This document shows, in pieces, positions 1 to 13,296 of a DNA stretch of 64,000 bases. Made by a program: the position numbers and the translations under genes. Positions within the stretch are counted from its first letter, which is position 1, and each line of letters opens with the position of its first letter. Source of the stretch: Eledone cirrhosa (taxonomy: Eukaryota); the NCBI GenBank assembly GCA_964016885.1, contig OZ024740.1:112592001-112656000 (forward strand). Direction: 5' to 3'. The notes beneath the pieces are model-generated. The model saw only the letters and a program-made list of their open reading frames with translations, was not told the origin of the DNA and did not search any database.

Positions 1-460
1 TCACAGAACCCCACGAGTCTGGAATCTTCCTCATTTCTAGCACCAAAACCATAATCCCCGTGGATCCTGTCGAAGCTATCACAGTGTTGCCCAACATGCC
101 CATTAAAGTCGCCTGCAATGATTATGAAGTCACCGTCGTTTATTTGAGAAGTAGTGTTTATTAGGGATTCATAAAACCTGTCTCCTAGAAGGTCCGACAG
201 ACCAGATTGGGGTGCGTAAACAGATATAATTGACACGGTTGTTTAGTATTAGTCTAATTTTAATGATTGTTATTTCCCACCTCCAAAAATATTGTAGCAT
301 GGTTTTTCACCGCCAAGGAATCTAGCTGACCTACCCTTCTATCTAGTCTCTTGTACACAGCGTACATCAAATTTCTTTTGTTCCAGCATCTCTACAATCT
401 CACCTGGTCGTCATTTCCTGGAGCCGACATTGATGGTACCAACTTTAAAGTTGTGAAGAT
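1..460 (-). pseudogene. Degraded AP-endonuclease fragment of an RTE-type LINE
   Basis: Minus-strand translation gives FKVGTINVGS..., VQETR and GDFIIIAGDFNGHVGQ...HGDYGFGARNEE..RLVGFC, which are APE motifs of RTE elements; frameshifts and stops present. Confidence 0.7.
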
Positions 461-673
461 CATCGGAAGGGTGAGAGTAAGAAAAGGACGAAAGCTTTGG
501 GAGGGGCCACAGAAATGAAATGGTGTTGGTTTGGGTTTTCCATGCTTGAAATAAAGAGGAGCATTTGCGTGGCATATATATATATATATATATAAATAAC
601 AGCTTAAAGTTTAAGCAAAGAATCGGTGCTTTCACTCTTCGGATTTTAGTCTTCACATATATTATTATATATA

Positions 674-746
<73 letters not shown>

Positions 747-769
747 GTGTGTGTGTATATATACATATC

Positions 770-1010
770 CAACGTTAATCCAAAAAATTTCAGAGATCTC
801 CATGGTGTGCATTTAGATGTTTTCAAGAGATATCTCGATCTTATACTGACGAAGATCCCGGATGAACCCACAGCACGAGGCAAAGCGCAAATAAGGGCGG
901 CAGCAACTAACTAGCTTTTGTATCAATAACCAACCAAGAAAAGCTGGCTGTAGAAAGTGTAGCATTAATGGCGGTGCCCCAGTATGGCTTCAGCCTGTCG
1001 GCTGGAACAT
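770..1010 (+). mobile_element. 3' remnant of a CR1/L2-like LINE
   Basis: Translation ...DVFKRYLDLILTKIPDEPTARG..IRAAATN resembles the FK..LD..L..VPDEP...AA.NS C-terminus of CR1-group ORF2; followed by a short 3' UTR. Confidence 0.55.
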
Positions 1011-1104
1011 GTATTAGAGTAATACACACACATATATACATACACGTATAACTATGAACACATATATATATACATACACATATGTATATATGGCTACACA
1101 CTTA

Positions 1105-1400
1105 GATGATTGATACTCCGTCGGTTACGACAAGTGTTACAGTTGATACGATCAACGGAAGAGTCTGCTCGTGAAAATAACGTGCAAGTGGCTGAGCATT
1201 CCACAGACACACGTACATTTAACGTACTTCTCGGGGAGATTCAGCGTGACACAGAATGTGACGAGGGTGGCCCTTTGAATGAAAAGCACAATTCAATTTT
1301 GCTAGCTGGGTGGACTAGAGCAACGTGAAATAAAGTGTCACAACGCACCGCCGGGATTCGAACTCACGATCTTACTGTTGTAAGCCGAATGCACTAACAA
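1105..1400 (-). mobile_element. tRNA-derived SINE, family 2
   Basis: Minus strand has a B-box-like GAGTTCGAATCCC; body shared with 3415-3690, 22792-23310 and 39640-39900. Confidence 0.65.
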
Positions 1401-2899
1401 CAAAGCTACGCACCTTCACACATATATATATATACACACATACACCCACACCCACACATACATATATACATGCACACACACACATATACCAAAGTGTATA
1501 TAATAACAACTACAACAATAATAATATTTGCAATACACACAATTCTGAATAGATGGTGATTAACTATATATATATATCTACGGCCTGTTGCCTCGTTTTC
1601 TTTAGAATTGAAGCTTTAAAAACTGGCACCAGAGGACTCTTATTCTTTAAAAAAATCTCCCGGAGCAGATAGCTGATGCATACTTTTATTGTACTATCAC
1701 AATACTTGCAAGCCACCAGTTGCAAGTTGATTGTTCAATTTTTACATTCCATCCTGTATTATAACAAAGACTTCGTCTTATTTTACATTGCCTTTTATTA
1801 TCTGTATAGATAATATCAACAGAGAGATAGATAGATAGATAGAGAGGGGTGGTGGTGGAAGGAGAGAGAAATGGTTGTAGTGGAGGTAGGTTTTGCTACA
1901 TCCTCGTCGTGATTGTAAGAGCGTTTATTGCGGCAATGATAGTTGTGGTAATGATAGTGGTCGTGGTGATGGTGTTATATATATATTCTAATACATAATG
2001 ACAATACGTTATATATTCACTTGCATCATCATATCACACTTAATATCCATAACTGAAAGGACATACAAATATGTTTCCTACTAAGTGTATTTTTCGAAAA
2101 CTCATCTAACAAGTACAATAACAACACAAACAATAATATTTATCTAGACACACGTATAAAAATATTTGATATGCTCCTCACAGCTCACCCGCACTAAATT
2201 AGACTCTGTTTGGCGCATAAACCGATGAGACCTTTCTTACAGCCTTAGCTTCAAGGGGCAAATAAATCCTCTTTCACAATGAGGTACAGTCCATAACACA
2301 TTTCCATAGCCGGAGAATTGTGAGTATCCCCACTCACACCTGTGCAGTATTTTCTGGCTCCATACCTGAATAGAGGAGTTCTCATCCTCCATCCAAATCT
2401 ACAGTACTAGAACCAGGGGACTTTGTTGAAGAAACACTGATTATATCTAGCCGGTAGCACCTGGCCCCCTCCACTACCTGTACTACTTGTAACGTTCAAG
2501 CTGTCAATGGTTATGGATTGTTTCTTTCTGGAACCTCTCAGGTCTAGGGAGACGCCTCCCGGGACAGGCAGCAAGCCAGTTCTCTCAGCCTTGGATGGAG
2601 ACTGCAATATATTTTTCACACAGGCCTCTACCTGAAGCCTGAACATGTCCATTGATACCATGCACGAAGAACGATATGGTATGAATGCTTTTATTGCATC
2701 TGACCATATTGCTGTGTTTTGGTGGTTTTATTTGCGCCAACCACCAATTTGATACTTTTCTCAGCCCGTTGTAGCTACATCGTTGTGAGAGTTTCATCCA
2801 TGGCTCCAACCTTCCTAATAGTTTATGGCTGTTTGTCGGGAGCTGCTTATTCGTCTAGCAAGAGCCCGATTATAACGCAACTGAACAGCTGCCGAGAAT

Positions 2900-3280
<381 letters not shown>

Positions 3281-3340
3281 AGTAAGCTTGCTTGAATGCA
3301 TCCCGCTAAACCAAGCATATAACTATATAAAGGCGTGTGC

Positions 3341-3386
<46 letters not shown>

Positions 3387-3819
3387 GCTTTTATATAGTT
3401 ATATGCTTGGTTTAGCAGTTAGGCTTTTCTGTTTACGATTGTGATCTCGATTCTCAGCGGTACCTTGTATTCTTGACCAAGACACTTCATTTAAAGTAGC
3501 TTCAGTCCTGTTCAAAAATGAGTTGTACCTGTAATTCAAAAGATCATACTTGTCACAAAAGGTTCCTAATTCATACTGAATTTAACTGCGAATTACGTTA
3601 AGATTACACGTGTCTGTGGATGGAATACTCAGCCCTGTTCTGTTGATAAAATAAGTAGAACAGTAGTTGTCAGATATGGTGGAGGTCTAACGCAAATAAT
3701 TACGAATCGTTTAATTTAAAAGAAGATATAATCTCATATATGTATATATATATATATATACATATATAGAATAAGTAAAAGCGAAGTAGTTTCAGATGTT
3801 CAAGTCCTTTAATAGTAAT

Positions 3820-4003
3820 TGTTTCTACTTTAGGCACAAGGCCAGCAAATACCCAGTGAATTACTGGTACTTTATTTTATCGACCCCGTAAGGATGAAAG
3901 GCAAAGTCAACCTCGGCGGGATTTGAACTCAGATCGTAAAGGGACGTAACTATGCTGGAAAGCATGGCGTCCGACCCTCTACCGATACTGCCAATCCACC
4001 ACC
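3820..4003 (-). mobile_element. tRNA-derived SINE, family 1, with target-site duplication
   Basis: A box TGGCAGTATCGG, B box GAGTTCAAATC, core GCCTTTCATCCTTACGGGGTCGATAAAATAAAGTACCAG; duplication agtcctttaata(g/a)taat at 3803-3819 and 4004-4020. Confidence 0.9.
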
Positions 4004-4020
4004 AGTCCTTTAATAATAAT

Positions 4021-4094
4021 GCTGTGATATATATTTCAATGACGACACTGGCCACACCGTTCTGTGTGCGAGTGTCGTGACATCATCAGACAGC
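4021..4094 (-). ncRNA. Type I hammerhead ribozyme motif
   Basis: Exact reverse complement of 5157-5230. Confidence 0.8.
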
Positions 4095-5156
4095 TTGTTA
4101 CATAATAAGGTTGTTTGCGAGGCAATCGAAATTGAATCGACATGGGAACGGACGAAGTTCGTGCTTTTGGGTTTTTCATCCGTTCCCTGACACTGGACGG
4201 GCGTAATAGTATCTTTCGGCAGGATAAATACGCGGAAACAAAAAATAAGATAAACCCCTATTTTCCTGCACCAAATCGCTTCTGAACAGAGGCCCCCTCA
4301 ATTCAATCTATACATGGACAGATGGACAATCATATGGATCATTTTACATATATGTACTCTGTGTTTTTGCATTTATTCACTATTGTCTCTGTTCTTTTCT
4401 TTTCTTTTGTGTTCCCTTTTGTGTACTTTTTGTCTGTTTTTCTTTGACTCTGTTCCATGTGATGGAAAGTATGACCGTGTAACGGATTGACTAATGCCTT
4501 GAACCATGTGGTTTGCCCTCCGTTATAAGGTCCGGCACTGCCGTTCAGTATCTGTAACACTCGAATCCCTCCCAGAACATATTACTTAAACATCTCTCTC
4601 CATATTATTTACTCCCTTCAATGTATATCTTTACTTAATCCGAATTATCACTTGAAAAATTTTTGAATTTAGAATTTTTGAATTCTTTATTGTTTAATTT
4701 ATAATCTCTGATATTTGATTTAGGATTTTAACCTTTAATTTTAATTTTTATTCCCAACTCTCACTCTTAACTTACTATGTAAAACCATAGTACCTAGAAT
4801 TAAGTTTATTTTACCTTATGAGTTGATGGTCAGTCTTACTGTCAACGCTTAGTGAAAGGTAGTATTATGACCTATAACAACTAACACCCTCCCATCCCCT
4901 CTGGCTTTCGGCTGACTGCCACAGTAGCGATGGTAGCAGTAAGCTTTGGCAAGGCATAGGTGGGCCACTGACAGCGAATTTCGTTGAAATCTGCGGTGCT
5001 AATGGTCAACTTCCTTAGGACATGCGCTTGCGCAGACCGGTGGGGGTGAATTGGTACTCACAAGGGAACGGATGAAAAACCCAAAAGCACGAACTTCGTC
5101 CGTTCCCATGTCGATTCAATTTGGATTGCCTCGCAAACAACCTTATTATGTAACAA

Positions 5157-5230
5157 GCTGTCTGATGATGTCACGACACTCGCACACAGAACGGTGTGGC
5201 CAGTGTCGTCATTGAAATATATATCACAGC
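5157..5230 (+). ncRNA. Type I hammerhead ribozyme motif
   Basis: gctgt-CTGATGA-[acgacact..agtgtcgt stem II]-GAAA-tatata-TC-acagc; stem I gctgt/acagc. Confidence 0.82.
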
Positions 5231-5383
5231 ATTATTATTAAAGGACTTGAACATCTGAAACTACTTCGCTTTTACTTATTCGATATTTACTCCGTCACTC
5301 CTATGTGGAAAAAGTACGTTGAGTGCTTGAATTGAATTGCATCAATATTTACCCTAATATATACATATATATATATATATATA

Positions 5384-6338
5384 TCTGTATATATATAAAA
5401 TTAAGTATGTGTGTGTGTCTGTATATTACCTATAAGGGCCTACATCTTACGACCGATTTTCATGAAACTTTACAGGCTCATAGATTAGTCATCGGGGAGT
5501 GTTTTTTATATATCAGCGTATCGTTTTGTTTTTTTATTCCGGGGTAATTCTGCAGATAAAAATCGATAGGGGAGGAGGAGTTCACCTTTTTTTAGGTATC
5601 GAAAAATAAGATTTTTGGCTCTAGCTCCCTCATTTTGCCAACGATTTTGTTCAAATTTCAAAGCAATATAGAATTTATCATTGCACATCCTGTAATGACT
5701 TTATATTTTGCATTTGTTTTTCAGGGACGGCGTGGCAGCCGCATAAACATTCTAAAATAGCACTTTTAGACTCAAATTTCCACTGTTTCGGCTCTAGCTC
5801 TCACATTATTCAACCTATTTCGTTCAAATTTTACACTACGCTAGATCTGATTATTTCACGTCTTAAACTGGCTTTACATTTTGGATTTTTTGTTCAGGAA
5901 CGGCGTGACAGCCGCTTAAATATTCGAAAATACCACCTTTTCGCTCAAATTTCCGCCTTTTCGGCTCTAGCTCCCACATTTTCAACCGATTTCGTTCAAA
6001 TTCGAAACTTCGGCTCCACCTCACACATAAATCAATTTATTTGGCTCAACTTTGGCCACTGACGTCGTCTGAGCTTTTAGTTGTATATTTGAGTTTCATC
6101 GGTTTCCAATCAAGTAGCGTGAGGAAATTTTGCTTAGTGCTAGAGGTCATTACCTCCCTCCCCCACTATGCCCCTTCGTCAGTCACCCGCGTTTCTCAGT
6201 GATAGAGGTCATCACCACCCTCCCCCGCATGGCTTGTGTGTGGCCATAGATGAGTCATCGCGAAGCAGTCGCTAAGATCAACACCTTTTCATCAAAGCAG
6301 ATATTATTTTACCTACCCAGGCAACGCTGGGTACTGCT
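5384..6338 (+). mobile_element. Non-autonomous Helitron (copy 1)
   Basis: Starts a|TC; subterminal hairpin cccaggcaacgctggg; internal tandem subrepeats; homologous to 53024-53900; the terminal CTAG is eroded into the TA tract. Confidence 0.7.
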
Positions 6339-6755
6339 ATATATATATATATATATATAATTGAATAAACAAGAGAGATAAACACTAATATAAACATACA
6401 TGTGTTCGAATCGTAAGGACTAGGTTTCTCAACAACTACTGAGGAACAGAGAAACGTGTTGACTTCACTTAATAAGATGTTGCGCGACAGTTTTCAAAAC
6501 TGTCTAGTTGTTACCAGGCGATTGCCCGATATAGGTCTGTTATTTTTCTTAATTTACTACTTAAAATTAAGTCTGACAAGCCATATTGCTGTAGTTAGTA
6601 TTTTTTCACCCTAGCTAACCGAGTCTTTACGATTCGAACACATGTATGTTTATATTAGTGTTCATCTCTCTTGTTTATTCAATTATATTACACGGCTCGG
6701 AAAAGCTTTTTTCTTAGAGCTATTTAATTGTAAGAGACTACTCTGAGTTTCCAAC

Positions 6756-6810
<55 letters not shown>

Positions 6811-6973
6811 ATTAGGATTGGTGTTCTGAATTAGCGATGTATACATGAATGCATGTATAGTATATTTGGCAATATACTGTATGTTTAATTTAAAATATTT
6901 TGAAGACCTTGCGCTATTATTTTAAAGTAGTGACTATGTCAATTATTTCTTTTTTCAACAAAGGAAGGGAGAT

Positions 6974-7016
6974 AAGCTGATAGATCTGTTTCACACTGTT
7001 GGTGTTCATCAGAGCT
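6974..7016 (-). ncRNA. Minimal type I hammerhead motif (inverted copy)
   Basis: Reverse complement of 7199-7242 with one stem III mismatch. Confidence 0.65.
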
Positions 7017-7198
7017 CAGCACTCGCCGACCTTTGCTGAAAATTGAAAATTAGGATTGGTGCTCTGAAATAGCGATGTATACATGAATGTATGTATAGTA
7101 TATACTATATAATCTCTCTGTATAATCAGTTCCTGATTATTACTGGAATTCCATAAGAATCCAGCCTCTATAATTTTCAGCAAAGGTCGGCGAGTGCT

Positions 7199-7242
7199 AA
7201 GCTCTGATGAACACCAACAGTGTGAAACAGATCTGTCAGCTT
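7199..7242 (+). ncRNA. Minimal type I hammerhead ribozyme motif
   Basis: aagct-CTGATGA-acac caaca gtgt-GAAA-cagatctg-TC-agctt; palindromic stem III. Confidence 0.82.
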
Positions 7243-7574
7243 ATCTCCCTTCCATTGCTGAAAAAAGAAATAAGTGACATAGTCACAAGGTCTTCAAAAT
7301 GTTTTTAATTAAACATACAGTATATTGCCAAATATACTATACATACATTCATATATATATAAGAAAATGAAGTGTAGGACATCTCGCGTAGGACATCCCG
7401 TGTAGGATATCTCGTTTTTAAAATAAAGAAACGAGATGTCCTACACGGGTGAAAGTATAAGGAACAGAAATCGAAAATGCAACTGGAGTCTTTTTAAGAA
7501 TATTTATTTATTTCCTCCAGTTGCATTTTCGATTTCTTTTCCTTACACACACACACACACGCGCACACGCACGC

Positions 7575-7695
<121 letters not shown>

Positions 7696-7929
7696 CACAA
7701 ATTAAAAATATATATAGAAACAGAGAGGGAAAAGGCGTATACCTTTTGAAAAACATAGCATTTGGTACATATACTCTCGGGTCTCAAATAAACATAACTA
7801 TCTTTTTCAGTTTCAACGTTATCCTCATTAGCATATTCATTTTGTGGTTTGAAGTTCTTCACTATTCAAATAGAACTCACAACATTAAGTTCTTGTTTGA
7901 ATATGTCACTATCTGTAAACCAACTTTTG

Positions 7930-7979
7930 TATTTTATCTGATGAAATGTTGGTACCCTTGAAATATATATAATAAAATA
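7930..7979 (+). ncRNA. Minimal type I hammerhead motif
   Basis: tattttat-CTGATGA-...-GAAA-tatata-TA-ataaaata; stem II weak. Confidence 0.65.
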
Positions 7980-8222
7980 AATATGGTTTTATAAAGATAC
8001 CTTCGATTTATTAATATTATTGATATTATACTCCATAAGAAAATATGTTGAGTACTTCTAATCTGTTATAAACTAAATTTATTGAATAATCAACAAATTA
8101 AATAACTCATTGCTTATATATATATATATTAGTAAAAGGAAAAGAAAATGCTGACAAATATTACCCAGTGAAAAATAGTTTAATTAGGAATAAGTATAAA
8201 TTAGTAATAATAATATAATTAG

Positions 8223-8282
<60 letters not shown>

Positions 8283-8367
8283 AAGTATGACCCCGACGGC
8301 AGAAATAGCCCCGATGGCTATTTCTGGACTAAAGTAAGAGTTTGTTTAGTCTGGTAAATAAATAGCC

Positions 8368-8538
8368 GAACTTTTCAAGGGGTACTTTTCAAGGGCAAAC
8401 TTTTCAAGGCGAACTTTTCAAGGCGAACTTTTCAAGGCGAACTTTTCAATGGGAAGATTGTAGTTGTCAAGAGGATTGGTCAAAATTTGTAGCAGACACA
8501 AATTTTGACCAATCCTCTTGACAACTACAATCTTCCCA
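8368..8538. repeat. Short tandem repeat (gaacttttcaaggc-like) followed by an ~89-bp palindrome
   Basis: About five 14-bp-like units, then tgggaagattgtagttgtcaagaggattggtcaaaatttgt...acaaattttgaccaatcctcttgacaactacaatcttccca. Confidence 0.85.
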
Positions 8539-9769
8539 TAAAGCCGGAATATAAATTACAGAATAATCAAAACTATATTGAAAACATTTTATTGCTGACA
8601 ATCGTTTATTCCAAACTTTCGTTTGGAATCATCGGAGCACTAGCTAAGTTTAGACATATAATTAACCTCCTATTCCACAGAACAATTGTAAAGATACGTA
8701 GATATTAGTGTTGTCATTAACAGTGTCATATTTAAAGAGTGAAGATGATGTGGTCAGTATCAGTGGATGCGACTGAGATTATAAAAGAAAAATACAACAA
8801 TTATAGAGGAATTAAAGAAGAGTTACTCGCAAAATGAGGACATTAACCGTACACATGCAAGCGTATAGAAAGAGTGCAGAGGTATTAGGCATATACAGAA
8901 TAACCAGGTAAGAAACAAGCAATGGTCCTAAGCTTATATATCACAGTATGGCAAAAGTATCACATAATACAATACAGGTATAAAAGCATATTAAGTAGAC
9001 AGAGATGCGTGGGTATGAAAAGCAGTTTCTATGAAGTTTATGGTGGATGCAAAGTGATAATTGTTCCGGTAATGTTCAAATGTGCATGTATTGTGAGTAT
9101 TAATATCAAGGTATTCCTTTCCATTAAATTGGTTATATTTTAGTAAATGTTTATCAGTAGTTACAACTATGGATTGTATATTGCTCCTATTACAATCTTA
9201 TCAAGGGTTAGAGTTGTTCTAGTGTGATCTTCCTAACTGATTAATTTCAGGAAGTGATTAGAGATCTAAACTAAGGGAATCTAGTGGGAAAGGGGAGGTA
9301 ATTGGCGATTTATTTGAGTATAAGAGAAAAATGTATAGTTGTTTACAACTCTAATTAGTTAAATTCTATACAATATATTATGTTATAAGTGAATCCTTTT
9401 ATATAATGCTATTTATTTTTAAATTTATATATATTTTTTCTATATAATATTTTAAAGGTCTCATTTTATCACTACCTACCCATATATTGATTAAATGAAT
9501 GAAATATTAGTAAGGAAGTTATTGTAGTTATAATAAATGGTGGCAACTTTATGTTTATTCCAAATAGTTATTGTAGAGTATAGGATCTGAGATAAACAGG
9601 AGATAAGTGGAGGAATGAGCTGATCATAAAATGTGATGCTGTGGGGGTAATTATATGCTGATAAAACCTAGAAGTAAAGTGTTAACGGTGGTGAGCTATC
9701 TATTTTTGATATTGTTATATACTAACAGCTAGGTTTGAAGTTGTGGAAAGATTGTCGGTGGTAGTGTTG

Positions 9770-11520
9770 GCACATGGAAAAAATTCTGAATTTCTATTTA
9801 AAAAGTTTAGCTTAGAATAGATTATAGTGCGAGTCTCTAGAAGAGAGAGGTTACATAATCTATTCGGTGGTTTATACGATGCGGCCTTATCTATTACTTC
9901 CCATTGAAATGTCTATGTTCTATTCCTAGTTTTCAGAGAGTGTATGTAGTTAGATAAAGAAGTGGAGTTGGCTAGATGGCGATTTTTGAAAGTGTGGAGA
10001 TGCGAGTTATATCTCGTCCTGAAGCAGTTCGAAGTAGAACGGATATATGTTTTTGAAGTGTTATTTGTAATGACTGTGCATGAGTAAATGATGTCTTTGA
10101 TTAAGCAATTCTTTCCTAAGAGGCAAGTTCTATTTGTTCTACAATTACAGTTATTTTGGTTGTTTATTTGCTGGATAATAGGGTGTGTAGATGCATGGTT
10201 GTTAGGGATAGCATTAGGGTAATGATGATTATCATTCCCATTGTTATTAATTTCATTAGTGCTATTCCTATTATTTTATTGCTACTAGAATTCTCTGGTA
10301 CTATGTTGTTATGTAAGTTCACCCCCCGTTGCGATTTAATTAGTTGGAAATAATTATTAATCTTCCTTTTATTACTACTAGCTATATGGTACGCGATGTT
10401 AGGTGTGGTAGAGTAAGATATTTTAATGGTATTTTTATTGATAAGATTATGGTATTTGTGGCCGAGTGAGAAGAAAGCCTTAGGCAAGTTGGTGGAAACG
10501 TTTAGATTGAAAGGGGGATTGAAAAATGTATTAGTTCTTCTATTTTTTTAAAATGTTATTTGAGGTATTGTTTATATTTCTGTTTATATTATTATTATTG
10601 AGGTGTTTATTTTGGTGTGAGTTAAGTCTCATATTACCCTTCGTACTAATGTTAGAGTGGCTAGTACTTTTATTACTTTTATTCGTAGCCATATTGTGAG
10701 AAATAATGTTGTAACTAGGTGATTTTATAGGTAAAAATCTAATTTTATTTTATGGCCTGATCGAGCTAAGGCCTCATTATAGTATTGGGAATTACTGTTA
10801 AATATAGTTTCATTATATGATAGTGCGGAAATTCTATTACATATCCTTTAGTAATTGAGTTTAATATAGATTTAGGGTGGTTAGACTTGGTATCTACATA
10901 AAGTAGTTTTTCGTTTGGTTTATGAAAGGGTGTATATATTTTAGAGTCCAGGCAAAGGGTAGCATCAAGGAAGGTAACGTTTTTAGTGTTTTATCTAAGG
11001 TAATACTTAAGTTGAAGTTTTTAAATATTTTATGCAATTGTTTCCTAGTTCTTTCTATATTAAATTTTGTATAGTCAATAAGTAGTAGTGCATCGTCGCA
11101 GTATAAACCACCATTGAGGTATGGCAGATCCTTATGAATTTTATTTAAGAGATATAGACCCACCAAATCAGTGACCTGCGCCGTGTCACTAGATCCCATA
11201 GTTATGTCAAAGTTGTTAGGTGTATCCTTGCGGGTCCATAATTGATCTTCAAGTATAATTATGGTTTTACGGGCCGCAAGGATGGCATCGATTTGGGATC
11301 TAGTAAGGTCACTATTATTCATAGCCATAATTAATGTCTTGTTTAATAGGGTAGGAGAAATAGAGGTGTAGCACGAATTAATATCAAATTATATAATTTT
11401 TTAATTTTTATTCTCAATAATATCATTGAACCATTGAATAACTTCACCAGTATTTCCCCATAGGTTAAGATATATTTTATGCTTAAATTGGGAGATGATT
11501 CTGTCTAATCCTTTTTTGCT
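9770..11520 (-). pseudogene. Penelope-like RT + GIY-YIG endonuclease, disrupted
   Basis: FDITMGSSDTAQVTDLVGLYLL, GLYCDD, IKISYSTTPN, CNCRTNRTC..C, IIY...TYIRST..FRTRYNSH..F, LCNL. Confidence 0.85.
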
Positions 11521-11608
11521 GATAATGTTAATGACAACACTAATATCTACGTATCTTTACAATTGTTCTGTGGAATAGGAGGTCAATTATATGTCTAAAC
11601 TTTGCTAG

Positions 11609-11655
11609 TGCTCCGATGATGCCAAACGAAAGTTTGGAAGAAACGATTGTCAGTA
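11609..11655 (+). ncRNA. Hammerhead variant (CCGATGA core)
   Basis: tgct-CCGATGA-tgccaaac gaaa gtttggaa-GAAA-cgattg-TC-agta; the inverted partner at 8593-8639 has the same core change. Confidence 0.55.
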
Positions 11656-11691
11656 ATAAAATGTTTTGAACATAGTTTGGATTATTCTGTA

Positions 11692-11775
<84 letters not shown>

Positions 11776-11999
11776 GGGATAACAAATTATTGTTATAGGT
11801 AGTCCACTTAGATGTAGTCCAGTGAGGGTACTCCGAGTAGTGGATAGTATTAACGCTTGGCTAAGTTTGACTCAACACGACGTTTCCATAGTGATGTTGC
11901 GAGTACGCGGTGATTTCTATGTAGTTTACACTTGGAGTAATAATAAATCAAGAAAGAAGGGTGACATGGTTTGCTATACAATAAGGGCTTTATTCACAT

Positions 12000-12107
12000 T
12001 GCTGACAATTGTTTCTCTGAACTGGTAGGTCTAGAGATCGCTACCCGCCTGTTTTTGCGTCAATCGATCACCAATACTTTGTTATAACCAGTCAATTCAT
12101 CAGAGCA
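12000..12107 (-). ncRNA. Type I hammerhead motif with an 81-nt stem II domain
   Basis: tgct-CTGATGA-(attgactggt...accagttcaga)-GAAA-caattg-TC-agca. Confidence 0.65.
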
Positions 12108-12689
12108 TGCGATAATGAAGGGAATACACAGGCATGGCTTCTATATATAGTAGTGGCATTAAATCAGAACAATAATAACAATACTAACAATATTAACAAT
12201 ACTACAATAAATTAGCTAGACCGTAAATAGTTAAAATAATCACAACATCAATCTAAGTAAGACATAGAGTATACTTATGACTTTAGCGTGTAAAACGAGC
12301 TGATACGAAGCAGATGTATGAAATTGACATGCAAAAGCTGTCATGGGGTGTATTATATATAGTGTAGAGATAATCTGGGGCTTGAAATAGAGGACCATTT
12401 ACTTTACTGTAGGTTTGCTGACCGTAAGAGTTATTTATTATCTGACAGATAAAATATTTTCATTGTAGTGAGGATGGTAATTTTTATGTGGTGTAAAGCG
12501 GATTCATTATTTAAGTGGTCTATATTAGATGAAGGGATTGTTAGTTCGAATCATGGGGTTGTATGGATAAGACAACAATAATAATGATAACAGCAATATA
12601 GTAGGTAAGTTAATACAGTTATCATTATTATTGTTGTCTTATCCATGCACGATTTGTTATTGATGCTCTGAAAGCTAAACAACCTCATG

Positions 12690-12948
12690 ATTCGATCTAA
12701 AGGTGGAACACTGGGAGAGGGCACTTGCCCTGGTGGTCAGGGTCACTGTGGCCTTTTAATGGGCTTTCTTCACAAATGTCCCTCGGAAGTCTCCCCTCTA
12801 TTGGGGAATTTTTCATTGTTATTTTTTTGTTACATCCTCTGTTTTTGTTTTTTTTTACACGCAGAAATGCCCATTTGTACCGTCCTGTATTGTCCCGTAC
12901 TGTCCTTAATGTCTACTTTATGTAAACCCTTGTGGTTAATAAAGAAAG

Positions 12949-12950
<2 letters not shown>
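12690..12950 (+). mobile_element. Retroposon 3' fragment ending in AATAAA and (TTA)n
   Basis: 12770-12950 is repeated at 60164-60330. Confidence 0.55.
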
Positions 12951-13009
<59 letters not shown>

Positions 13010-13016
13010 GTTATTA

Positions 13017-13255
13017 CTCTTTGAGTCTCAGTCATTGATGTTAGTTAACTGGAAAGTTTGTTGAGATGAATATCAAGCCACTACCTGCAGCCTCAGATAT
13101 TCAGGACGTATCGGAGGGTTCTTGCTGTTCCCAGCAAGCATGCCTTTTGAAGCGTTCCAAAAAGCGTGAAGGGGCCAATTTTCTTTAACCATCCCTGGAA
13201 ACTTTTTGAGATAGTCCCTAGTGCGCCTATGACAATCGGGATCACTTTGACTTCA
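13017..13255 (-). mobile_element. 3' fragment of a Dong/R4-like (restriction-like endonuclease) LINE in a (TAA)n tract
   Basis: Translation EVKVIPIVIGALGTISK...LQKACLLGTARTLRYVLNI* (13254-13093); TTA repeats on both sides. Confidence 0.7.
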
Positions 13256-13293
<38 letters not shown>

Positions 13294-13296
13294 GCA

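Larger units (their letters stand above)
3769..5357 (+). mobile_element. Non-autonomous Penelope-like element with an inverted 5' arm and two hammerhead motifs
   Basis: 3769-4188 (minus the SINE) is the reverse complement of 5063-5281; each arm carries a hammerhead; TA tracts on both sides; no RT ORF. Confidence 0.7.
8550..11697 (-). mobile_element. Penelope-like element A, 5'-truncated, with inverted pseudo-LTR arms
   Basis: 8550-8722 and 11526-11697 are inverted copies carrying a hammerhead variant; RT and GIY-YIG remnants lie between them. Confidence 0.85.
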
